NCBI RefSeq assembly: GCF_024521635.1
Contig: NW_026250427.1
Span: 434,001 to 498,000, forward strand
Direction of reading: 5' to 3'
Origin: Tricharina praecox
Lineage: Eukaryota
Length of the DNA: 64,000 nt
Part shown: piece by piece, positions 38,201 through 48,651 of the stretch
Numbering within the stretch: position 1 is the first letter of the stretch
Layout of the letters: each line of letters starts with the position of its first letter
Notes under the pieces: model-generated
The model's input: only the letters and a program-made list of their open reading frames with translations
Databases searched by the model: none
Told to the model about the DNA's origin: nothing
Program-made: the position numbers and the translations under genes

Positions 38201-39205
38201 AGGAGCAGGAAAAGCCGGTGGAGAAGGAACAGGTGAAGGAGCAGGAGAAGCCGGTGGAGCAGGAGAAGCCGGTGGAGCAGGAGAAGCCGGTGGAGCAGGA
38301 GAAGCCGGTGGAGCAGGAGAAGCCGGTGGAGCAGGAGAAGCCCACGGAGCAGGAGCAGCAGTTGCCCCAGGATCCTGAGGCCATCGAGCCCGAGACTACC
38401 AAGACTGTTGAGACTTTCGAGACTGTTACCGTTCGCGTCGACGAGGACGGCAAGCCCATCGAGGGTGACGAGCAGACCCGCACTGTGTACATCGACGCTC
38501 CCGAGGGCTCGGAAGTCCCGGACGAAGCTGGGTAAGTCGTCTCTCCTCTCCTCTCTCTCACACTCTAACTTACTGACCCTCCCCCAGCTCCAACGACGGC
38601 AAACCCATCGAGGCTGAACAGGAGACCCACACCGTGTACATCGACGCCCCTGAGGGCTCGGAGGTCCCGGCCGAAGCTGGGTATGTCGTCTTCCTCCATC
38701 TCCTCTTCCAACACTTACTAACACTCCCCCAGCTCTGACGGCAAACCCATCGAAGAGGAGACTCACACCGTCTACATCGATGCCCCCGAGGGCTCGGAAG
38801 TCCCGGTTGAAGCTGGGTAAGCTGTCTCCCCTCCTACTCCCCGTCCAACACTTACTAACACTCCCCCAGCTCCAACGACAGCAAACCCGTCGAGGCTGAA
38901 GAGCAGACCCACACCGTGTACGTCGACGCCCCCGAGGGCTCGGAAGCCCCAGCCGAAGCTGGGTAAGTCGTCTCTCCTCTCTCTCCCCTCAACACTTACT
39001 AACGCCCCCCAGCTCCAAGGACGGCGAAGAACGCGAAGAGGTCGAGATTCTCCGGACCATCTACGTCGACGAGTTCGGCAACCCTCTCCCCGACTCGGAG
39101 CAGGAAGGCTACGTCGAGGTTAAGGGAACGGAGGTGCCTGGCGAGGAGCTGCCGCCGGCGTCCACGCTTGCGGATGCACCGGTTGAGGCGCAGACTACCG
39201 ATTAG
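35231..39205 (+). CDS. PMT1: Dolichyl-phosphate-mannose:protein O-mannosyltransferase, PMT1 subfamily, with a long acidic repeat tail, ~1196 aa
   Basis: Exons 35231-35544, 35634-35923, 36008-38531, 38588-38680, 38733-38816, 38870-38962, 39013-39205 (3591 nt). Motifs VVFDEVHFGGF, FFMDVHPPLAK, SRLILLD, KWVGLFT, MIR repeats (GGYLHSH, RLHSHD, LFSH), RQLFLHHYLPAL. Confidence 0.93.
38203..38346 (+). repeat. Coding 18-bp minisatellite (EQEKPV); five perfect copies at 38239-38328 plus degenerate flanks
   Basis: GAGCAGGAGAAGCCGGTG repeated in frame within PMT1. Confidence 0.95.
38440..39012 (+). repeat. Four-copy tandem array of an exon+intron unit (~137-148 bp) in PMT1
   Basis: Each unit encodes D(G/S)KP(I/V)E...T(H/R)TVY(I/V)DAPEGSE(V/A)PxEAG and is followed by GG|GTA...CTTACT(A/G)AC...CCCCCAG. 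Confidence 0.93.
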
Positions 39206-39689
39206 ATAAGAGAGTAGACGGATGCGATGCGATGGGATGGGGATATACTATCTTATAATTACATGTCATGTCATGTGGATGGATGTCATGAAAACGGGGA
39301 GGGGGCGGGGGCGGGGGGGAGTTTTTCTTGCTATTCTGTTCTGTTTTGTTTCTGTGGCATATAGGTATTGAATGCTAGCGGTTCGCGAGGTCGGAAGTCG
39401 TGATTGCGGTTGTGGTTGTACTTGTGACATGTGGGATGTGTACTCGTCGCCAGCTACCTTCATTGTGTGGCACTCGCTACCTAGTGTCGTGCTGGGGAGA
39501 TGTAGCTGTTTCTTGATCCCTTAACATTGAGGCCATGGTTCAAGATGTCCGAAGAAAACGAAGGACCGAATGTTCAGCATACCTAGGCGTGTCATTGCCT
39601 TCAAGCATGACGGTCATGTGACACCTGTGTGGCAGTCGCTGGAGGAACAGTGGATTCTCAAAGATGCGACTTGTTACGATGTATATACA

Positions 39690-40943
39690 CTACGCCCTCT
39701 GCGCCACATCCGAGTCCTTGACGGCCTTAACGGCCTCAACCTCCATTTTCCTGATCTCATACTCGCCCCTAATCCTCTGGGCCTCCCTAAGCTTCTCCTC
39801 CTTCTCAGTCCTGCCGTTCCCGCCCCACCAGCCCTTCTTTCCCTCCTCCATCAGCAGCGCCTCCTCCTCGAGTATCTTCCCCATCTGCACCAGATTCGCC
39901 GCCGCAATCCCAGCGCACTCCTTGCACGCGAGCCTGTAATCGACCAGCTCCCACGCCTTATGGAACGCGCCCTCGCTCCAGCGCAGTCCCTCATCGCGCT
40001 TTCCGATCGCAAAGAGCAGTTCGCCGACGGTAGCCTCACTAACCGCGACCCTACACGGATCCCCCACGGCCTCCGTATACCTCTTCGGATCTTTCACCTC
40101 ACGGCCCGCCTCCGCCGTCTTCCTCCTTACGAGCACATCGGTCGCCATCTCCAGCGCCCTACCGATCTCCCCATGCCTAGCCAGGAACACCGCCATCTCC
40201 CCCACGGCGCCCATAAGCTCGGGGGTATTCCTCCTATCACCAGGGGTGGGCAGTGCCGGCCCCCCCGCGATCCTCACAGCCTGCTCCAGCGCCTCAAGTG
40301 CACCCACCGCATCCCCGCGCCACTCCCGGATCCGCGCCAGACGATTCGCCGCCTCGACCTTGAGGCGCGGCGCGTCCGCGGGCACCTCCAACGCAGCGCG
40401 GTACTCCGCTTCCGCCTTATCCCAATCCCTTAATTTCTCCTGCGCCTCGCCGCGCTCCTTTCTCAGCAGGACGAGCTCCCACCCCCCGCCCGCCCCTTCC
40501 CCACCCCCACCCACCACCGCCTCAAGCGCGCGATCATACATCCTCTGCATCTCCTCATCCGTCTTCCTTTCAACGAGCGGATTCCATGCGTTTGGCATGC
40601 GTGCCCTGAGGAGGTAGTAGCGTGCGCGCAGCGGCCATGACGGCGGCGTCGGCTGCGACGTCTCTGCGGCGATGAGGAGCCCGAAGTGAACCAAGCCCTG
40701 CAGGAGCAGGATGGAGATGTTCACCACGCCGGCGATCTTTAAGGCCGGCTTCCAGTTCCCCAGGACCGCACGCCAGAATGACCGTGAGCGCAGGCGGGCG
40801 CGGAGGTCGGTGGTGGAGATGGGGCGGCGGGGTGGGAGGGTGGGGCGGGCGGAGAGGAGGGGGAGACGTGGGCGGGGGATGGAGTGCGGGATGGAGTGGC
40901 GGAAGAGAGGTATCCGTCCGAATGTGGGGCGTAAAGGTCGCAT
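39690..40943 (-). CDS. Mitochondrial-presequence, single-TM, TPR-like helical protein (possibly Mgr3-related); alternative in-frame ATG at 41048
   Basis: Intronless ORF. Arg/Pro/Leu-rich N-terminus almost free of acidic residues, hydrophobic segment IAGVVNISILLLQGLVHFGLLIAA, TPR-like helices (GEAQEKLRDWDKAEAEYRAAL), DPC...GELLFA and CKECA. Confidence 0.7.
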   Translation of the reverse strand: MRPLRPTFGRIPLFRHSIPHSIPRPRLPLLSARPTLPPRRPISTTDLRARLRSRSFWRAVLGNWKPALKIAGVVNISILLLQGLVHFGLLIAAETSQPTPPSWPLRARYYLLRARMPNAWNPLVERKTDEEMQRMYDRALEAVVGGGGEGAGGGWELVLLRKERGEAQEKLRDWDKAEAEYRAALEVPADAPRLKVEAANRLARIREWRGDAVGALEALEQAVRIAGGPALPTPGDRRNTPELMGAVGEMAVFLARHGEIGRALEMATDVLVRRKTAEAGREVKDPKRYTEAVGDPCRVAVSEATVGELLFAIGKRDEGLRWSEGAFHKAWELVDYRLACKECAGIAAANLVQMGKILEEEALLMEEGKKGWWGGNGRTEKEEKLREAQRIRGEYEIRKMEVEAVKAVKDSDVAQRA

Positions 40944-41595
40944 CGCGATGGGTGGGGTTGGTGCGGGAGAATGCTGATGATCTGCAGCCTGCGGGCGCTG
41001 TGGTACCGGGGTGCGCCGGGGTGCAAGGGTAAGCCGTGATGATGTCATGTGCGGCTAGGCCGAGTCGGGATGGGTGAGTGATGGGTTATGAGAATCGCTA
41101 ATTGTGTAGGGTCTGGTATCTCACCAACGTTATGAGATTCCGTAAAGAGGTTACCTGTGGGATCTCGACACTCTTCAGGCAAGCCAATCGACTTGCTACA
41201 TATCCCTTCGCTTTCTGTTCCGGTATTCCCGTTCCTCACCACCGATGGCCTGAGCTGACACTGTGAGTGATAGGTAACTACATCACTTCGGCTGCTCCTC
41301 AACACCGGCACCGATCTAGGAACCTCTCGTTATCGTTTGTATCCTTTCGGAAAGTTCGGTTCGACATACTCGTGTACACACATATACCCGCTTGGAATAT
41401 TGTCCTCCTCGGTACGCAGTCGAGCGAGCCCACATGAACGAAGCCAAATAGTCGTTACATTTCCAAAATAAACATTACATTTCTAGCTACTCTTACACCC
41501 AACCGTTGCTCTATCGGGTACAAATGACACAATGACACATACACCTACAGATACGTACACATACACCGCCGCCATCCATCCCTCCGTATTCCCAT

Positions 41596-43295
41596 CTACT
41601 CAGTAACCCTGAGAGGATGCGCCTCGGTATTGAACACCCACCCACTACCGCCCTGCACACTGACCTCGCTGTCGTCAAACACGAGGTAGAGGTACTTCAG
41701 CACCTCAGCGAACCAAAAGCTCTCCTGGAAATCCGTCTTCTCGCCGCCCAATGGGAGCATGACGTCCTCAACGCTAGAGTACCCGCTGTCAGTCCTGCAC
41801 GCATCATTGATAGCGACGAACGCATCCCACGCCCAGCGCTTATACTTCTGATCGCCGGTAAGGAGCAGGGCGTGGTAATAGCTCTCGACGACCTCGGGTC
41901 GCAGATGGTACGCCGTACCCGTGGGGTACCATCCATTAGCGGCAAAAAACGCCTGGTGCTCCACCGGGGCGGGGCTGCTCCACGCCCAGCGCTCCGGCCC
42001 GATTCCCGAGGCGGTGGAGGCATAGGTGGCGCGGCACCCGCGCGTCAGCTCCAGTCCCGCGTCCCGGATCTTCGCACTCGACAGCAGCGCGCCGCCCAGC
42101 GCCAGGTTGCCACCGATGAAACACGTGAGATGCCCCTCCTCGGGCACGAGGGTGGCGGCGTCGCGGTACTCGGCGACGAAGGTGGTGTCGCGCCGTGGGC
42201 GCTGCAGCAGGTGCTCCACGGTGCTGTCGGCGGCGAGCAGCCACCGCGAGGCGTACGAGCCGAAGCGAGAGGGGCTGTAGATCCACATCTTCAAAAGGTA
42301 CTCGTAGAAGCTGTCGGTGCCGCCGGACCAGCCGCCCGACGAGTCGAGGAACCGCCCAGACGCGATGTCGATGTTCGTTCCCAGCATGCCGGCGAACGGC
42401 TGTCCCGCGTCTGGCAGTGGGTTCAGGAGGTAGTCTTGCGCCCGCTGCGAAAGGCGCGCGTATTTGGGGTTGCCGGTGAGGTCGGACAGGCGTGTCCATT
42501 CTAGCACTAAAGTGCCGGTCGTGGCAAGGCCGTTGCTGCTGTCCCGCGAACTGTTGGTCGCGAAGTCGAGGTTGTTGTACGGGATCCCCGTAGGCGTGTC
42601 GAAGGCGAAGGACATGCGGTCTGCTAGCGACACGGCTTGCGTGAGCAGCCGGTCCACGAGGTAGGCTTTGTCCTGTTGGGTGGTGTCAGCGAACCCTGGG
42701 CTCCTCATGACGGAGGGGCATAACATACCTCTGGCACGAGATGGGCATACGGTCCCTTCAAGAGATCGTACCCGGACAACAGGCCGCCTAGATACCGGAT
42801 CTACCCCGTCCATCACCGTCAGCATCCATACAATGTATCCAACGACTCCTCAGCCAGCGGGTGCTCACGGTAGTTTCAAACAAGCTCACTTCCGTAGCGG
42901 TAGTGTTGAAGTCCACCTCGGCAAGGAACCCAATCGCCTCGACGACGACCTCGCTGAGCTCCATGAGACACGCCGTGCTCAGGGCATCAGCAATGGAGGC
43001 GCCCCAGCCATTTCTGTCCCCGTCAGTCAATCCCCCTTCCGCATAAGACACAAAAGGAACCATCGACATACCTTGAATTCCCTCCACGGTTGCTAACCGA
43101 CAGCAGCTCATCATACCCCCACGCATATTTCTTATACCCCTCCCACGAGTGGACGAACGCCTCCTTGATGGCAGCAGCGCGGTCGAAGTCACTGGTGATG
43201 CCCGCATTCCCCACGGTGGAGTTTGTGCTCTGACGAGGCGGGATTGTGGCGGCCACCACGCAGGTAGCAATGGCGAGGATATTCCAGAAACGCAT
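41596..43295 (-). CDS. GH47 class I alpha-1,2-mannosidase, secreted type, ~505 aa
   Basis: Exons 43295-43072, 43013-42869, 42800-42729, 42672-41596 (1518 nt). Motifs YAWGYDEL, FETTIRYLGGLLS, TGTLVLEW, DSFYEYLLK, HLTCFIGG, LRPEVVES, QESFWFAEVLKYLYL, FNTEAHPL. Confidence 0.93.
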
Positions 43296-45149
43296 GACTG
43301 GCTGATTGGCTTGTAGCTAAGAATGAATAGTGAATTGGTGAATGGGTGAATGGGTGATGAGAGGAAAATTGGAAGGGATGGGAAGGGAAGGGAAGGGATG
43401 GACGAGCTCGCGACAAAAAGACCGCTGGGATATATCTATCCCCGTTAACTTCGACTTCCTTCTTAACCTCAAGCTTTCGGGCGCGGGCTACTTATATGTA
43501 GATGTTGATCTAGAGCAGAGCTTCGTGATCTTCAGACTCCACATCCCCCCCCCCCCTTCTCTAAGTTCCCCCCCCCCCCACCACCACCCGCCCCCTGCCG
43601 TTCGCACGCGGACATCGGAAATCCTAATGCAACAGGCAAGAGGCAAGAGGCAAGAGGCAAGTGACTTATCCCCTCCCCTCACCGGCACGCTCGTCCTGAC
43701 TCCTCACGCTCACACTCACCCGCACTCCGGGGGCGGGAAGTGACATTAGTTGCTAACCTAGCAGTCCATCCAGTCCAATCTAACCAGAGCGAGCAAATAA
43801 CTAGCATCTGGTTGGCAAAGGCAAGGGAGGATACTTTAATATTTAATATTAGCGCATCACGAAGGCAGATCATCGGCACGTATGTATGGAGAGTAGAGTA
43901 CAGTGACGGACGGCAACTTGCAAGACACCTCGACACTGTGACACTGTCCAAAGGGGAGGTGGGAGCTACTCTATGTCCCGCCCCACGGGCCACCAGGGCA
44001 GTTTCTAGGAAGTGAAGAGCTGCACGATTCCGTGCCGGTTCATCCAGCCAGCCATCCTCCATACCTCATATGTCCACTCTTGGCCATGCTGGTGGTGATG
44101 ATCGTAGTGGTTCGATAGTTACTCTATATCTATTTAGCATGCCTCCCGAGTCCCCAGCACCCCCGCATTCTGCAGCTCATCATATATAAACTATCAACGT
44201 GCAGGCTAGGAGGTGGGGGAACACCGCACGCCGCACGCAGGTACCATACATACCATACATTACATAGATTACATACGCATCTCGCTGTACACAGACTGCC
44301 TATCAGTGGCTCTCACCGCTCCATTTAACACTCCGAAAACAACTCCCTCCCCCCATCACCTCCCACCGCGAATAGAATCTGCAGAATATGTACTCTACTC
44401 TACGTAGGATGTAGATAATATAATCCCAGGGGGAGGCACCCCGGAGATTCCCCTCGATCTCGCGAGTCGCGAACCGCAGGCGACCCCCCCTCGGGGTTTG
44501 CCTGCCGAATGTAGCGATTACCTCCGGTACCGAGACAGGCAGGCTGGTATGTAGGTTGGTAGGTTGGTACCGTGCCGATCATTCCCTAGCCACTGCGATA
44601 CCGCGAGACTAGCTGTGAAGTCATGCGGTGGGGCAGACGGGCAGAGGGGGGTAGATGGGGCAGAGTGAGGTGGCAGAGGGGGCGGTCACTTGCAAGTCAC
44701 CAGTTGCTCGTTCGTGGCTCGTCGTGGTGGCTCGTGGCTCTTGGGCTTACATACAGGAGCGTTGTTGTTGCTGTCGTGGGATGGATGTCAGATGACCGAG
44801 ACACTCTACGAGTAGAGAGGGCACGGCGAAACCCGATGATGTTGATGGTGAAGATGATGTAACCAGCTCGAGTTCGAGCACCCCACACGCACGCAGCGTG
44901 CATCGTGCAGGTGCAGGAGAGTGGAGATGGAGAGTGGGGAGTGCAAAGTGGCTGCAAGTCTGCAAGTCTGCAAGTCGTAGATGATCTACATACCATGTAG
45001 AGTACTCTATGACGAGGCCGCAGAATCAAGAGTGGGAATATATACCAATTTAGTACAGTAAATACGCCGTGAGATGCTCTGCCGCCATGCATGCGCCGAA
45101 AAGAAACCAAAAAGGAGGTCTCCCCTTCCGAGCCTTCTCCAGTGTTCAC

Positions 45150-45196
45150 AAGTTCACAAATAAGTTCACAAATAAGTTCACAAATAAGTTCACAAA
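45150..45196. repeat. 12-bp tandem repeat AAGTTCACAAAT, ~4 copies
   Basis: Read directly. Confidence 0.9.
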
Positions 45197-45771
45197 CTCA
45201 GCGACCGGGACATATGAACATCGAACCCACACGAGTCGAGATATCCCCTCCACGTGCCGAGTTTAACTGTGCCTGTGCCTGCTCCCGTGTGCCTGTGCCT
45301 GAGTGTGCCTGCCCTGTCCCACGGCACGTGCCAAACCTACGCATGTGGTCTGGTCTAGCCGTCCAGGTCTAGGCTTCATCTGATCCTCCCGTCACCGAAG
45401 TCCAACGTCGTCGTCTCCAAATGCCCAAAATCCTCAAAATGCTAAAATTTCATTTCTGCACGTATCGTGGTTTCAACCTTTGGATTTCTGTTCCCCTCCC
45501 TCTCCCTCCCACCGAGCTTCTCTGCCCGCCTACTTCCTACCAAGGTCCAAGAGTGAGCCCCCCTCCCTTCCCCCAGATCAGATCAAGATCCCAAATAGAT
45601 GCCAGCATTAATCCCCCCGTTCAACAACAATAACAACAACAGCCGCCGGCGCCCGAAAGAAAAAAGAAAAAAGAAAGAAAAAAAAGAATCCAACTACCAA
45701 AGGAGATTACCATCGCATAAAAAACCCTTAACTTAACTTAACTTACCCATATACCAGCCCGCAACCAGTCG

Positions 45772-45819
45772 GAAGAAGAAGAAGAAGAAGAAGAAGAAGA
45801 AGAAGAAGAAGAAGAAGAA
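45772..45819. repeat. (GAA)16 microsatellite
   Basis: Read directly; lies just downstream of the EGF-domain gene. Confidence 0.95.
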
Positions 45820-45917
45820 AATAGTATATCAAACACAAGAATCGAAGATCATCAAAAAAAAACCTCAAACCAAACCAAGAAATATTTACACCCCCCCCCC
45901 CCCCCCCCTGCTATAAC

Positions 45918-48651
45918 TCAAACACCACCAACAACACTCCCATCATCTAACACGACACTCCTATCGTCGAGACGAAACGTTATATCGCCGGTAGTAACGT
46001 TTCCGAAATCCTTGCCGCGGCCAAACCCATCGTCGAGAGCCTGGTGGGCCGCTTCGGCGGTAGCAATGTCCTCCGTCTGTGCCAGGAACAGCACGGCGAC
46101 GCGCGCAAAATCGACCGCATCCTGGTCGAGCGCGACTTCGCGGGACGCGGCGGCGCTGGCGCTGGGAGTGCCAGCCGCAGTCGCAGTCGCAGTGGGGACC
46201 ACGGGCAGCGTTGTGTCGGTGAGGAGCTGCCGCCGTGATCGCCGCCGTGTCGCCGTGGTCGTGGTGGGCTCCGTGCGCCCGTTGAAGCTGACCAGCGCGT
46301 TCTGCAGCGTGCACGAGAGGTTGCCCTTGCTGAAGACGCCGAGGATCAGGGAGGGATCGAGCGTGATATCGTACGACGCCTGCGACTTGTTGAACAGTCG
46401 CGGCAGAGCGGAGCCAATCGTGGCGTTCTTGATCCCCTCGACGCCGCCCTGGTCGGCGAAGTCGAAGCTGGTGCAGCTCGAGTCTTCGCCCTTGGTCTCG
46501 CACGAGGCGCCGGTGAAGCCGTTGGTGCAGATGCAGCTGCAGAGGTCGCTGTTGGCGATGTTCTCGCCGCCGTTCTGGCACGGGTTGCTTTCCTTGCACC
46601 GCGCGAGGATGCTGGCGTTGCTATTGGTCGAAGCGTTGCGCGTCTTGTTGATGTTGACCAGCTGGATCGGCACGACCACGGCTGCCGTGATCACGACTAG
46701 GCCGAGGATCACGAGGATGATGAAGGCCCAGAGCGGGAGTCCGCAGATGCGTCGTCCGCTCTTGACCGGTCGCAGCGAACCATTGTCGTCGTATCCGTCG
46801 ACGCCGGATGCGGGCCATTGCGACATCCTCTGCGGGAAAGTTTGCGGGCCACCGAGAGCTGGCGGAGGAAACGAGGCGAGGATATCCGAGATCGAGTCCG
46901 TCTCTCTGTCGCGGCTGCGATCTGCATCACGTTAGCCTTGTACTCCACTCCTTCACGGGGCACATACTCGTCGACGACTCGGTATTGAACCCGAAGAAGC
47001 TACCCCTCCCACCCCACGCCGTGCTCCCCGGCCGTCCCGTTTCCAACACGGCCGCCAGCTTGGTGGCCCTTCGGATCAGGTCGGGCAAACTCGTCAGACT
47101 CCCTCTTGCCTCGGCGTCCCTCACCGCATCCATATTCAGCCTTGGCGGTACACGTCTGCCGGGAACCCGACTGCTACTCGGGCCGGGTTGAGAACCCCTA
47201 CGCGCTGCAGCCTGGGGGATCGAAGGCGGAGGCGGGAACGCAGGCAGTCCCAATTCCTTGGACTCGGCCGTCGATCGAGATCGCGTCGTTTCCGACGGCG
47301 AGCGAGTCGACGGAAAGTACTCGCTGTCGGCAGCTAGCGGCGGCTGAGAGAGCGGCGATGGAGTCGTAATCGAAGCTGGCGGCGATACCTTCGGCACCGC
47401 TCCTGATCCGGACGACATCGTTGTCTGGGGAGGAGAGTTTTTCCTCGTCGCAGAACCAGCGGCAGAAGCAATAACGGCAGCGGAAGTGGTGCCCGCACGG
47501 CTCCTGGACCGCTCGGGACTCCTTATCTCGGTCATTGTTGGCTTGTGTCTCTTTCCCAGACTTGCCTGGCGAACCAGCGACGGCTCGTTATCCTGCCTGT
47601 CGTGTCGGATCGGCAGCGCATTGTCGTGTTCGTCGCTCGAGAAGGAGTCCGCCTCGTCCGGATCCCAGCCGGATGGGATGGCGGCACTGGAGGCGTACGA
47701 ATCGTGTCGGGATAGGCTGGGTTCCTCAGGGATCGGTGATACCTGCATGGTTGTTTGCTGCGAATAAAACGACGACGCTGCCGTCCGACGAGATGACGGT
47801 TGCGGCGGCGGCGGTGGAGGCGGAGGTTGAGGGACGGTATCAGCTGAACTTCTCTGCTGTTGCTGCCGCTGCTGCTGTTGATTCGGGACTGGTTTTGGAA
47901 ACCGTGGGATTACACCGGAGGATTCATTATTAACAGCGCCAGTGCCGGCACCGTAATCATACGATGGGTCGAAGCCAATGTATATAGACCTGTCACTCTG
48001 CATGGAAGGATGAGTGCTTGACGTGGTCTCCCTCCCCTGTTGTCTTTGTTGCTGTTCGGTCGAGTAACGAGGCTGTGCTCTCTGCTGCTGCTGGTGGTAG
48101 TTCTGCTGCTGTTGCTGCTGCTGCTGTCCACTAGGTGCTGCTGATCGATAAGCGACAATAGCGGGTTGAGAAGGACTCGTTTCATATTGTTTCTGCGGGG
48201 TTGGGGCTGATTTGGAATTTCCAGGAATGTAAATCCGACTCTGATCCTGCGACATGGGTTGCTGTGGCTGTCGTTGCTGTCGTTGCTGCTGCTGTGGAGG
48301 CAAGGGAGCTCGGCGTGCAGGATTTCCTTCACCGCCAGCATAGGACTCGCCGGCAAAGGAATAGCCAGCCCCAATCTGGTGATGCTGCTCTTGCTGTTGC
48401 CGTTGTTCCTGCTGTGGCTGCGCGCGCACCTGAAGACCCGGGCGTAACGGGTACGCAAAGTTCCTCGATACACGCTCTTGCCCGCCAATCCCGCTGTTCC
48501 CACCAGTCCCACCCGACGTGCCAGCAACACCTCCACTTCTTCCCGATTGTTGTCCTGCCGAAGGCTCCGGGACGGCATATCCATACGTCCCATCACCACC
48601 CATGCCCCCACCATTTCCACCCCCATACCTCGCAGCACCTTGTGCGCTCAT
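45918..48651 (-). CDS. Uncharacterised single-pass membrane protein with a Q-rich disordered N-terminus and an EGF-like domain, ~895 aa
   Basis: A 46-nt intron at 46922-46967 (GTATGT...GCTAAC...CAG) joins the two track ORFs in frame (2688 nt). TM segment LPLWAFIILVILGLVVITAAVVVPI; Cys module CKESNPCQNGG...CSCICTNGFTGASC. Confidence 0.85.

Noticed and set aside
35231..43295. Glycosylation gene cluster (PMT1 plus GH47)
   Set aside because: Different pathways and compartments, separated by an unrelated gene; proximity alone is insufficient.
46012..46935. 307-aa plus-strand ORF
   Set aside because: Antisense shadow of the EGF-domain gene.
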